Below, piece after piece: positions 9,774-18,171 of a stretch of 32,411 nucleotides of DNA. Source of the DNA: Gemmatimonadota bacterium (GTDB lineage Bacteria > Gemmatimonadota > Gemmatimonadetes > Gemmatimonadales > GWC2-71-9). Position 1 is the stretch's first letter; each line of letters starts with the position of its first letter. The stretch lies in contig QHVD01000023.1 in NCBI GenBank assembly GCA_003222235.1, positions 1-32,411 of the forward strand, written 5' to 3'. The notes beneath the pieces are model-generated. The model did not search any database. It saw only the letters and a list, made by a program, of their open reading frames with translations, and was not told the origin of the DNA. The position numbers were made by a program, and so were the translations under genes.

Positions 9774-10531
9774 GCGCGCTGCATAGCAGGAGCGACGATC
9801 GCGGTGCCGGCGACCGGGTGAGCGAGCAGTTGCAGGTCGCCGATTCGCGCGGCGCGCGCGCCGGCCTCGAGCGCGCGCGCGCCGGCCCGGAGCTTCGCGG
9901 CCATGCCTTCGGTCGCGACGCCGCGCCCGACGAGCTCTTCGATCTCGTCCACGGCGATGGACGGCTGGACCGCCCCCCCGACCCGCACGCCCGGGACATC
10001 GGAGATGAAGAGCAGCTCCGACGCTTGCAGGGCCCCCGCCAGCGCAGCCGCGGCGTCGTCGGCATTCACGTTGTACGGCAGGCCGCCGTCCGGGCCCGGA
10101 GCCAGCGGGGCGATAACGGGGGTGAGCCCGGCGTCGAGGAGGCTCAGGATGAGCGGGACCCGCACGGCGGCGATCTCGCCCACGTGGCCCAGGCCGCCCG
10201 CCGCGGGACGCGCGGTCAGCAGGCCTCCGTCCACGCCGGCCAAGCCGATCGCGTCGATTCCCGCGCGACGGAGCGCCGCGACCACGAGCCGGTTGGAGGG
10301 CCCCGCCAGGACCATCTCCACGACCTCCGCCACCTCCGGCGGGGTGATCCGCCGGCCCTCGCGCTTCTCCACCCGGAGCCCGAGCCGCAGCGACAGGGCG
10401 CTCACCGCCTGCCCGCCGCCATGCACGACGACGACGGGCTCGACCACCTTGAGCGCCGCGGCGCAGGCCGCGAGCCACGCGGGCCGATCGAACTCGTTGC
10501 CGCCCAACTTTACGACGCGAACGGGGAGCAT
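9770..10531 (-). CDS. argB: Acetylglutamate kinase
   Basis: VVKLGG, VVVHGGG, GRRIT, NVNADDAA, SDVPGV, GMAAKL. Confidence 0.93.
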   Translation of the reverse strand: MLPVRVVKLGGNEFDRPAWLAACAAALKVVEPVVVVHGGGQAVSALSLRLGLRVEKREGRRITPPEVAEVVEMVLAGPSNRLVVAALRRAGIDAIGLAGVDGGLLTARPAAGGLGHVGEIAAVRVPLILSLLDAGLTPVIAPLAPGPDGGLPYNVNADDAAAALAGALQASELLFISDVPGVRVGGAVQPSIAVDEIEELVGRGVATEGMAAKLRAGARALEAGARAARIGDLQLLAHPVAGTAIVAPAMQRA

Positions 10532-10553
10532 CAGGCCGTGGTCTCGTCCTGAT

Positions 10554-11488
10554 TCAGCATGCGAGCCCCGCCGTCTCCGCCAGCCCGAACATCACGTTCA
10601 TGTTCTGGATCGCCTGGCCCGCGGCGCCTTTCACGAGGTTGTCGATCGCCGCGATCACGGTGAGCCGCGGCCGGCGCACGTTGGCGACGCACGCGACGCC
10701 GATCGCGACCCGGTTCCGGTACACGACGTCCCTGAGCGACGGCAGCGTACCGTGGGTAACGGAAACGCACGGCTCCCCGTCGTACGCCGCCTGGTAGATC
10801 TCCTCGGCCGCGCCGCGGTCGAGGACCCGGGTGAGCGGGACGTGGATGGTCTCGAGGATGCCGCGCTTTACGGGCAAGAGGTGCGGCGTGAAGACGAGGT
10901 CGCCGCTGAAGCCGCTCTCGCGGGCCAGCGCCGCGGTGAGCTCCGGAAAGTGGCGGTGCTCGTTCCCCACCGCGTACGCCCGGAAGTCCTCCGCCACCTC
11001 GCCGAACAGGAGCTCGCGCCTGGGGGTGCGGCCGGCGCCGGTGACGCCGGATGCGGCGTCGATCACGACCTCCCGCGACGCGTCGATCAGCCCCCGCCGT
11101 GCGAGGGGGATGAGGGCGAGGAGCGCGGCGGTCGGGTAGCAGCCGGGATTGGCCACGAGCTCGGCGGCCGCGACGCGCGGCCGCGCCACCTCGGTGAGCC
11201 CGTACACCGCCTCCGGCGACAGCCGAAAGTCGGCCGACAAATCGACCGCCCGCCTCCCCGCCGCCCGCGCCCGCTGGACGTAGCCGCCGGAAACACCGTG
11301 CGGCAGCGCGGAAAGCACGACCTCGACGCGGCTGAACGGCGCGTCGTCGGCTGTAATCAGTCGATGCCCTTCGACGACCTCGCCCGCCCCCGCTTCGGCC
11401 GTCGCAAAGACGACTGAGGCCCCCGGGTGGCCGGCGAGGAGCCGCAACACCCGAGGACGGCGACGGGGACGGGTGCATTAATATTCAC
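10554..11488 (-). CDS. argC: N-acetyl-gamma-glutamyl-phosphate reductase, frameshifted near 11450
   Basis: ALPHG, DLSADFR, VYGL, NPGCYPT, SGVTGAG, HRH, IDNLVKGAAGQAIQNMN. The N-terminal MNINAPVPVAVLG lies in another frame. Confidence 0.9.
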
Positions 11489-11509
11489 TGCGGCGGAAAA
11501 ATATGCAGG
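11472..11509. promoter_or_regulatory. Tandem ARG boxes (ArgR operator)
   Basis: Minus strand reads TGCATATTTTTCCG-N6-TGAATATTAATGCA. The 20-bp period and position at the head of the arg operon match the ArgR consensus. Confidence 0.8.
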
Positions 11510-11526
11510 CGCTGCGCGGGGGGCAA
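11498..11526 (-). promoter_or_regulatory. Putative sigma70 promoter of the arg operon
   Basis: TTGCCC-N17-TATTTT, with the -10 inside the upstream ARG box. Confidence 0.6.
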
Positions 11527-11550
11527 GAGGTGGCGAGGGACGGCCCCGGG

Positions 11551-12615
11551 TCAGTCCACCCGCTCGAGCCGCGGGTTGGGGTGGTACGCCCGTCCCACCT
11601 TGCCGCACGGCTTGCCCTCCACCCGCACGACGTCGGCGGTGAAGTCGAACCGCCCCTGGAAGAGGCTCGACCCCACGCCGTAGGCGTCCACGGGGACGCC
11701 TTGCTCCTCGAACTGACGGATCTTCTCCACGGTGAAGCCCCCCGAGACGACGATCTTGACGTGCTGGAACCCCTCGCGGTCGAGCGCCTCGCGCACATTG
11801 CACACGAGGCGGGGGTTCACGCCGGTGGGCTTGAACGTGCCCATCAGGGGAATCACGGACGTGTCCACGAGCGTCTCGGCCGTGTCGATCCGGACGCCGT
11901 AGAGCCGCTCTCCCAGGGCTCGGGCGACCTTGAGGGACGTGCCGACGCAGTCGTTCTCGAAGTCCACCAGCGTGATGAGGCGGATGCTCTCCGACATGAG
12001 CTCGGCGAACTTGCGCGAGGCGAGGACCGTGTCACCGCGATACGCCGCGATCAGCGCGTGCGGGACCGTGCCGATTCCCTCCGAGCCCCACCAGGACGCC
12101 TGGGCGTCGGTCGAGACGCCGATGGCGCCCGCGATGTGCGCGGCGTAGCCGTCGCCCGTCTGGACCAGCCAGTGGTCGTGGCGGGCGGGAAAGAACATGA
12201 CCTGCTTGGGCTGCGCCGCTTCCACCACGCGCCGGGTGTTGGTGCCGACCCGGGTGCGCCGCGCCAGCACGCCGAGGTAGAGCGTCTCCAGCACCGCGAA
12301 CGCGTCGTAGGGCCCCTCGATGAGCAGCACGGTCTCCCACGGTGCGATCTCGTCGCCGTCGTACAGCGCCCACACCTGAAGCTCCTCCCAGGTCTGGCTG
12401 CAGAGTTTCAGTATGGCGATCGCCTCGTCGATCCCGCCGAGGAATGCGTGCGCCTTGCCGAACACCTGCATGGTGACGCAAGGGCGGTGCCGGTCTTGGA
12501 CGAGTATCTCGCGGGCGCGCACGAAATACTTATCGGAATAGTAGCCCTCCCGCATCCTGTCCACCGGCAAGTGGAAAATGGAGGGGTGCAGGCGTTGTCT
12601 CCGCGGCATCGTCAC
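11551..12615 (-). CDS. Nicotinate phosphoribosyltransferase-like protein (type II PRTase)
   Basis: YYSDKYF, GTVPHAL, LVDFEND, GVRIDT, IVVSGGF, DAYGVGS, DFTADV, KVGR. Confidence 0.85.
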   Translation of the reverse strand: MTMPRRQRLHPSIFHLPVDRMREGYYSDKYFVRAREILVQDRHRPCVTMQVFGKAHAFLGGIDEAIAILKLCSQTWEELQVWALYDGDEIAPWETVLLIEGPYDAFAVLETLYLGVLARRTRVGTNTRRVVEAAQPKQVMFFPARHDHWLVQTGDGYAAHIAGAIGVSTDAQASWWGSEGIGTVPHALIAAYRGDTVLASRKFAELMSESIRLITLVDFENDCVGTSLKVARALGERLYGVRIDTAETLVDTSVIPLMGTFKPTGVNPRLVCNVREALDREGFQHVKIVVSGGFTVEKIRQFEEQGVPVDAYGVGSSLFQGRFDFTADVVRVEGKPCGKVGRAYHPNPRLERVD

Positions 12616-12627
12616 AAGATACCCGAG

Positions 12628-13560
12628 TCAGCGGGCGGGGGGCCACGCGAACGTGGCGAGGAGCGTGTCGCCGCCGGTGAGGGCGAGCTGACGCGCTACG
12701 TTGTCGAGCCGCCCGCAGCGGATGCGTGCCGGCTCCGTCGAGCCGGGGACGACGACGCGCAGGCAGACGGCGTCCGCGTCGACGGCGAGGGCGCTGTCGC
12801 GCCCGGTGCGGGGCGGGTCAGGCCGCTCGAGCCTGACGTCGAGCTCGGACGTCTCGCCGCCCAGGGCGAACCTGACCCGGCGACCGGGGGTTTCGGGGAC
12901 CAGGTCGATCGCCCGTTGGCTGCTCGCGGTGTCGCCGCGCACGAGCGCCAGGCGGACCAGCACGCGCCGCGGTGGGACGACCGCCCGGGCATCGAACGTG
13001 AGGGCGCCGTCCGCGACCGTCACCCCCTCGCTAGGGCGCGTTTCGCCGGCGGCGAACTCCCGGCCGACCGTGATCTCTACCCACAGCGCACGCTCCCGCT
13101 GCAGGCGGCCGGCGGTGGCCGGGGTTGAGGGCGGGGGCGGGGGCGGGCCAAAGGGGTATAGCCGCGCCGTCCCACCCCACGCCACGCGCGTCCAACGCCG
13201 GTAACTGTCCTCCTCCCAGAGCGGCAGCCCGCGGCGCGAGCGGCCTGCCTGGCGCCGACTCAAGAACACGCCCGCCAGATTCACGGTGTCGGGCTCGGGG
13301 AGGATGCCGAGCAACCCCTCCAGCTCGGCCGTTTCCGTGCGAAGCGACAATCGCAGGGCCGTCTCAGGCGGGCCGCTCACGACGCCCGTCGCGAGGCGCT
13401 GCGTATCGCCGTCGAACCGCTCGACCACGTGCAGGAGGTACCTCACCCGATAGCCCGCGCCCTGGTGAGCGAGCGGAGGGCCGGGGCGGTTGGAAACGCC
13501 GGGAGGGCTGGCGGCGACGAGCGCCGCGGCCACCAGGCTACTGCGCCACGAAGCTGGCAC
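12628..13560 (-). CDS. Hypothetical exported protein
   Basis: 310-aa ORF co-oriented with and overlapping its upstream neighbour; N-terminal hydrophobic signal; no recognisable motif. Confidence 0.7.
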   Translation of the reverse strand: MPASWRSSLVAAALVAASPPGVSNRPGPPLAHQGAGYRVRYLLHVVERFDGDTQRLATGVVSGPPETALRLSLRTETAELEGLLGILPEPDTVNLAGVFLSRRQAGRSRRGLPLWEEDSYRRWTRVAWGGTARLYPFGPPPPPPSTPATAGRLQRERALWVEITVGREFAAGETRPSEGVTVADGALTFDARAVVPPRRVLVRLALVRGDTASSQRAIDLVPETPGRRVRFALGGETSELDVRLERPDPPRTGRDSALAVDADAVCLRVVVPGSTEPARIRCGRLDNVARQLALTGGDTLLATFAWPPAR

Positions 13561-13873
13561 GCGTGGCCTCCAGCGGTTCGGGGCTCGGCCCGGCCCAGCG
13601 CCGGTGGCCGAGCCAGCCCGCTGCAGTCCCGACCACGAGGCTGATCGCCATCCACAGTGCCAGCGTACGCCCGCGCATCGGGTGCCTCGGCACGGTCCGA
13701 GCGTGCGGCTCTCCCGCTGAGCGCGCGAACGCGACCCGCATCTCGAGGTGGTTCACCCGGGCTTCGGCGCAGTGCCGGCAACCGACCAGGTGACGCGCCA
13801 GCGCGGCGCGCTCGGTGAGGCTCAGCTCGTCATCCAGCTCCAGATCGATTTGTCGCACCCAGTCGTCGTGCAT
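13538..13873 (-). CDS. zf-HC2 (ZAS) anti-sigma-factor-like membrane protein
   Basis: LDDELS..ERAALARHLVGCRHC (HxxxCxxC) followed by one TM helix; TGATG overlap with the GT2 stop. Confidence 0.8.
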   Translation of the reverse strand: MHDDWVRQIDLELDDELSLTERAALARHLVGCRHCAEARVNHLEMRVAFARSAGEPHARTVPRHPMRGRTLALWMAISLVVGTAAGWLGHRRWAGPSPEPLEATRASFVAQ

Positions 13874-14601
13874 CACGGCAACTCCTCCCGCACGCGATAC
13901 CGCAGCGCCCGGCGCTGCATCCAGCGCACCGCCAGCGCGTCGGCGAGGGACCGGAACACCCGGTTCCACATGCCGTACTTGGTCAGGCCCAAGCGCCTCG
14001 GCCGATGCCGCACGGGCACTTCCGCCACGGTGCCGCCATGCAGCTTGATCAACGTAGGCAGGAAACGGTGCATGCCGTTGAACAGCGGCAGCGCGCGTAG
14101 GGCGTCGGCACGAAACGCCTTGAGCGAGCAGCCCGTGTCACGGATCGTCTCGCCGTTCAGCCGGTTCCGCACGGCGTTGGCGACGCGACTCTGCAGCCGC
14201 TTCCAGCCGCCGTCCTGCCGGTTCACGCGATAGCCCACGACAGCCGTCGCGCCGCTCCGCTCCAGCTCGGCGAGAAGTGCCGGGATGTCTGCGGGGTCGT
14301 TCTGCAGGTCGGCGTCGAGGGTGACGATCGTGCGCCCGCACGCCGCCCGGAACCCCGCCGCGAACGCGGCCGACTGCCCCGCGCGCGCGGCGAGCGCGAC
14401 GATATGGAGCTCGGGATGGTCCCGCCTCAGCTCCTTGAGCGCGTCGAGCGAGCCGTCGGTCGAGCCGTCGTCCACCGCGACGATCTCATAGTCCGACCCG
14501 ATCCGCCCCAGGGCCCGGCCGATCTCCTCGATCAGGAGCGGCAGGTTATCGCGCTCGTTGTACAGCGGCACCACGAGCGAGAGGTCAACCGGGCCGGACA
14601 T
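13873..14601 (-). CDS. GT2 glycosyltransferase (polyprenol-phosphate mannosyltransferase/ArnC-like, no C-terminal TM helices)
   Basis: SLVVPLYNE, VDDGSTD, GQSAA, LDADLQNDP, DTGCSLK, MHRFLP. Confidence 0.92.
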   Translation of the reverse strand: MSGPVDLSLVVPLYNERDNLPLLIEEIGRALGRIGSDYEIVAVDDGSTDGSLDALKELRRDHPELHIVALAARAGQSAAFAAGFRAACGRTIVTLDADLQNDPADIPALLAELERSGATAVVGYRVNRQDGGWKRLQSRVANAVRNRLNGETIRDTGCSLKAFRADALRALPLFNGMHRFLPTLIKLHGGTVAEVPVRHRPRRLGLTKYGMWNRVFRSLADALAVRWMQRRALRYRVREELP

Positions 14602-15046
14602 ACTTCAGCTCGGGCGCGTCCGGGTACTCGCTCGCGAGTCGGGCGAGGAGGGCGTCCGCCTTGGCAGGGTCGTGCTGGCTGGTGCGGTAGATCTCGGCGA
14701 GGCGGATGCCCGCCATGAGGGCGCGGTGCCGGGGCGGGGGCGGGTCCGCTGCGAGCAGCCGCTCCAGGGCGGCGACCTCAGCTTCGATGGACAGGCCCGT
14801 CGCCGGCATGCTCTCCCCGGTGAGCGCGCCGCCAAGGAAGCGGCCCAGCGGCGTCACGAGCACGTCGAACAGCGAGGTGAAAAAGCCGAAGGCGCCCCAC
14901 AGCGCCAAACCTAAGGCGACGAGCCCCCACTGGACGCGTCCCGTGGCGAGGAACGCGACGACGAGAAACACCGCCACCACCCCGGCGGCGACGCCGAGGA
15001 TCCCGCGGACTACCGTGCGCGGGCTCGGCGGATCCTGGTAGCTCAC
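14585..15046 (-). CDS. Hypothetical membrane protein (two TM helices and a helical C-terminus)
   Basis: Two hydrophobic segments and overlap with the GT2 start; start codon uncertain (15046 or 15082). Confidence 0.7.
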   Translation of the reverse strand: MSYQDPPSPRTVVRGILGVAAGVVAVFLVVAFLATGRVQWGLVALGLALWGAFGFFTSLFDVLVTPLGRFLGGALTGESMPATGLSIEAEVAALERLLAADPPPPRHRALMAGIRLAEIYRTSQHDPAKADALLARLASEYPDAPELKYVRPG

Positions 15047-15083
15047 GGTCGGAAGCGTATCGCGGCCCCTCCGGCTGAGCAAG

Positions 15084-15112
15084 TTGACAGCCGCTGCGGC
15101 AGCGCGTAAACC
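15084..15112 (+). promoter_or_regulatory. Putative sigma70 promoter upstream of the asparaginase gene
   Basis: TTGACA-N17-TAAACC. Confidence 0.5.
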
Positions 15113-15219
15113 TAGTGCCGTTCCAACTTTTCGGGACTAATCGCAGAACCGGGATAGCCGTGACCAAAGAGCTCATTCGGCGAAGGGGAACTAGGCGCGA
15201 AAAGTTGGAACGGCACTAG
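15112..15219. mobile_element. MITE-like miniature inverted-repeat element
   Basis: Perfect 22-bp terminal inverted repeats CTAGTGCCGTTCCAACTTTTCG (15112-15133) and CGAAAAGTTGGAACGGCACTAG (15198-15219); CTAG at both ends; lower GC than flanks. Confidence 0.85.
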
Positions 15220-15248
15220 CGCTGCATCTCTCAACACGGAGCCCAGCT

Positions 15249-16310
15249 GTGTCCGAGGTCCTGTCACGTCGCGAGTTCCTCGCCTCCACCGCCGTCGGCC
15301 TCGCCGCCACGACCGCCCTGGAGATACCCCACCCCATGCGGCCACCGCGCCCGCTGCCGCCCCAAAGCCGCTGGGCGGCGAAGCCCGTCGTCGTCTCGAG
15401 CGCGAACGGGTTGCGCGCGGTGCAGAAGGCCTTCGACATGCTGATGCAGGGCGCCGACACCCTGGATGCGGCCATCGAGGGCGTGAAGATCCAGGAGCTC
15501 GACCCCAACGACGACTCGGTCGGCTACGGCGGGCTGCCCAACGCCGACGGCGTGGTGCAGCTCGACGCCTCCTGCATGCATGGGCCCACGAAACGCGCCG
15601 GCGCGGTGGGTGCCCTGGAGGGGATCAAGACGCCCTCCGAGGTGGCGAAGCTCGTCCTCAAGTACACGAACCACATCTTCCTCGTGGGCGAGGGCGCCAA
15701 GCGGTTCGCGCTGCAGTACTGCTTCAAGGAGGAAGACCTGCTGACCGAGCACGCTCGGGAGGTGTGGCTGCACTGGCGCGCCAATCTCAATCCCGACGAC
15801 GATTACCTGGACGTGCCCGAAGCCGAGCACATGGCAGTCCGGCCGACGGGGACCATCAACTGTGACTGCGTCACGCCCGCGGGCGACGTGTCCTCGGTCA
15901 CGACCACGAGCGGACTGGCCTTCAAGGTCCCCGGGCGGGTCGGGGACAGCCCCATCGTCGGCGCCGGCCAGTACACCGACAACGACATCGGCGCGGCCGG
16001 CTCCACGGGGCGCGGCGAGTCGAACATCAAAGTGTGCGGAGGCTTCCTCACCGTGGAGCACATGCGTCGCGGCATGAAGCCGGCGGATGCCTGCCTCGAG
16101 ACGTTAAAGCGCGTGGTGAAGCTGAGCGAGGCGCGCCTGCTCGACGAGCGCGGCCGGCCGAGGTTCGACCTCAAGTTCTACGCCGTGAACAAGCGGGGCG
16201 AGTTCGGCGCCGCGTCGCTCTTCCCCGGACGGTTCGCCGTGCACGACGGCACCGAGGCGAAGCTCATGGACGCGGCGTACCTGTACGAGCGGCCCGCTGC
16301 ATCCCGGTAG
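15249..16310 (+). CDS. Tat-exported N(4)-(beta-N-acetylglucosaminyl)-L-asparaginase-like Ntn hydrolase
   Basis: SRREFL Tat motif, SVGYGGLPN, QLDASCM, LVGEGA, GTINC (Thr nucleophile), TTTSGL, GRVGDSPIVGAG, STGRGE. Confidence 0.92.
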   Translation: MSEVLSRREFLASTAVGLAATTALEIPHPMRPPRPLPPQSRWAAKPVVVSSANGLRAVQKAFDMLMQGADTLDAAIEGVKIQELDPNDDSVGYGGLPNADGVVQLDASCMHGPTKRAGAVGALEGIKTPSEVAKLVLKYTNHIFLVGEGAKRFALQYCFKEEDLLTEHAREVWLHWRANLNPDDDYLDVPEAEHMAVRPTGTINCDCVTPAGDVSSVTTTSGLAFKVPGRVGDSPIVGAGQYTDNDIGAAGSTGRGESNIKVCGGFLTVEHMRRGMKPADACLETLKRVVKLSEARLLDERGRPRFDLKFYAVNKRGEFGAASLFPGRFAVHDGTEAKLMDAAYLYERPAASR

Positions 16311-17437
16311 GGCGGCCGCCGCGCTCGTCGGGACGCTCGCCCTGGACCCGGCGATTCCCACACCCCTCGCGGCGCAGCGCTATTGGCGCGAGAACCTGTA
16401 CCCGTACGCGTACTACAGCACCATAGACGGGCTCTGGGGCGCGTTCCATTACGGGCGCTACAGCCCCCTCGATGCCGTCGAGCGCCCTGAGCCGGATCTG
16501 GCGTCTGCGAGCTTCGACGCGGGCGCGAGCACGCAGGGGAGCTATGCCGTTGCCGTGGATGCGCAGGCGCCGGCCTGGTGGGAGGGCTGGCGTGCCCGGC
16601 TCACGCTCACCACGGCTCGGTCCAACCGCATGGGCTACTACGGGCTCGGGAACGACACGCAGTACGCGGTCGACAGCCTGACGACGGCCGGGGGTCAGCC
16701 GCACATCCACGGCTGCGCGCGCCACCGTGCAACACCGGGTCTTCGGGCCCGTGCGCGTCCTGCTCGGCGCCGCCCTGACGCGCAGCAGCTTCCGAGCGCT
16801 GCCGGGGCCGAGCGTGTTCCGGGAGGATCTCGCGTCCGGGACCGTAGATCCGCGGACCGTCCCGTTCACCGACAAGGTGATCCGCGCCGGCGTCGTCGTC
16901 GACACGCGGGACAACGAGATCGATCCGCACCGGGGGCTGTTGCTGGAGGCGCTGCTCGCGAGCGGCACCGGCTACACGCGCACGACCGCGGGCGCCGCCG
17001 TCGAGCTGCATCCATTCGAGCCGCTGGTGCTGGCGGGTCGCGTCGCGGGAGAAGCCATGGGCGGGAGTCCTCCGCTTGCCGCCCAACAGGAAATGGAATC
17101 GAGCGAGCTGCCCTTCCTCGCGGTCGGCGGCTACCGCTCGCTGCGGGGGTATCACGACGGGCGGTTCGTGGGGCACGGGAAGCTCGTGGGCGGGCTCGAG
17201 GCACGCTATGCGGTGCTCTGGGTTCCGAGCCTGATCGAGCTGAGGCTGGTGGCGTTCTACGATGCGGGCCGCGTCTTCGGGCCCGGTGAAGCGGCACGGC
17301 TCACCACGCGGGGGCTGCACGGGAGCGGTGGCGGGGAGGTCGCGGTCCGGTTGCTGCGCAACTCGCTGCTGGTGGTCGGCTACGGCCGCGGCAGCGAAGG
17401 TGGGCAGCTCCTGTTCGGGACGACTTGGAGTTACTGA
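16297..17437 (+). CDS. Omp85/BamA-TamA-like outer-membrane beta-barrel, frameshifted near 16703
   Basis: Signal-like N-terminus and YYGLGNDT in one frame. DTRDNEIDPHRG, VGGYRSLRGY..RF, FYDAGRV and terminal WSY in a second frame. Start uncertain (possible CTG at 16297). Confidence 0.8.
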
Positions 17438-17443
17438 ACTGAA

Positions 17444-17504
17444 AGGTGTTAGGTGCTGGGTGCTGGGTGTTAGGCTAACACCTAACACCTAGCACCCGAC
17501 GCCT
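17444..17504. repeat. Inverted array of 7-bp tandem repeats forming a long hairpin
   Basis: (RGGTGYT)x4 facing (CYARCAC-like)x4; 24/30 Watson-Crick pairs. Confidence 0.85.
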
Positions 17505-17509
17505 CTCCC

Positions 17510-18130
17510 ATGAGCCAAGCCGACCTCACCCGCCAGCGACTGGTCCGCGCCGCACTCGAGCTGTTCACCGCGCAGGGCTACCACGTAACCACCACGCCGC
17601 TCATCGCGAAGAAGGCGGGCGTCGCGGAAGGGACCATCTACCGCCACTTCGCCTCGAAGCAACACCTGCTCAACGAGCTGTATCGGGCGGCGGCCCGCTG
17701 GGGGCGGCGGCTCGTGAAGGAGGCTGACGCCTTGAACGTGGGGCCGCGGGAGAAGCTCGCGGAGCTCGGCCGCAGTCTCGTCGCCGGGGCGAGCCGCGAG
17801 CCGGCAGTGGCCCGGCTGTTCCTCATTCAGCGTCACGGCGACCTGCTGGACGACGAGAGCAGGAAGCTGGCGCGGGACTTCAGCCTCGACCTCGAGGCCC
17901 TGGTCGCCCAGGCGAAGGCGGAGGGGTCCGTGAAGCCGGGAGCCGCCGACATCTGGGCTGCCGTCTGGCTCAGCGTCGTGACGCTCGCGATCGATCGCGT
18001 CTCAGCCAGAGACTGGCCGCAGACGCACGCAGGCGTGAAGCTGGCGTTCGCCGGGGCGTGGGATGCGATTGCCGCCCCGCCCCCCGCAGCCCCGAGCGGT
18101 CAGGCGGACGGTGGGTCGGGCGGACAGTAG
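17510..18130 (+). CDS. TetR/AcrR family transcriptional regulator
   Basis: AALELFTAQGY..IAKKAGVAEGTIYRHFASK helix-turn-helix. Confidence 0.95.
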   Translation: MSQADLTRQRLVRAALELFTAQGYHVTTTPLIAKKAGVAEGTIYRHFASKQHLLNELYRAAARWGRRLVKEADALNVGPREKLAELGRSLVAGASREPAVARLFLIQRHGDLLDDESRKLARDFSLDLEALVAQAKAEGSVKPGAADIWAAVWLSVVTLAIDRVSARDWPQTHAGVKLAFAGAWDAIAAPPPAAPSGQADGGSGGQ

Positions 18131-18171
18131 GCCGCCGTCACAGTCCGCCCGACCGCCGGTCCGCCCGACCG
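18097..18171. repeat. Inverted GGCGGACG/GGCGGTCG-type repeat array at a convergent gene overlap
   Basis: 18097-18128 pairs imperfectly with 18140-18171. Confidence 0.75.

Noticed and set aside
8565-11488. LysW-dependent lysine pathway (lysY/lysZ/lysJ)
   Set aside because: No lysW or lysX in the window; ARG boxes and a GNAT acetyltransferase favour the N-acetyl arginine route.
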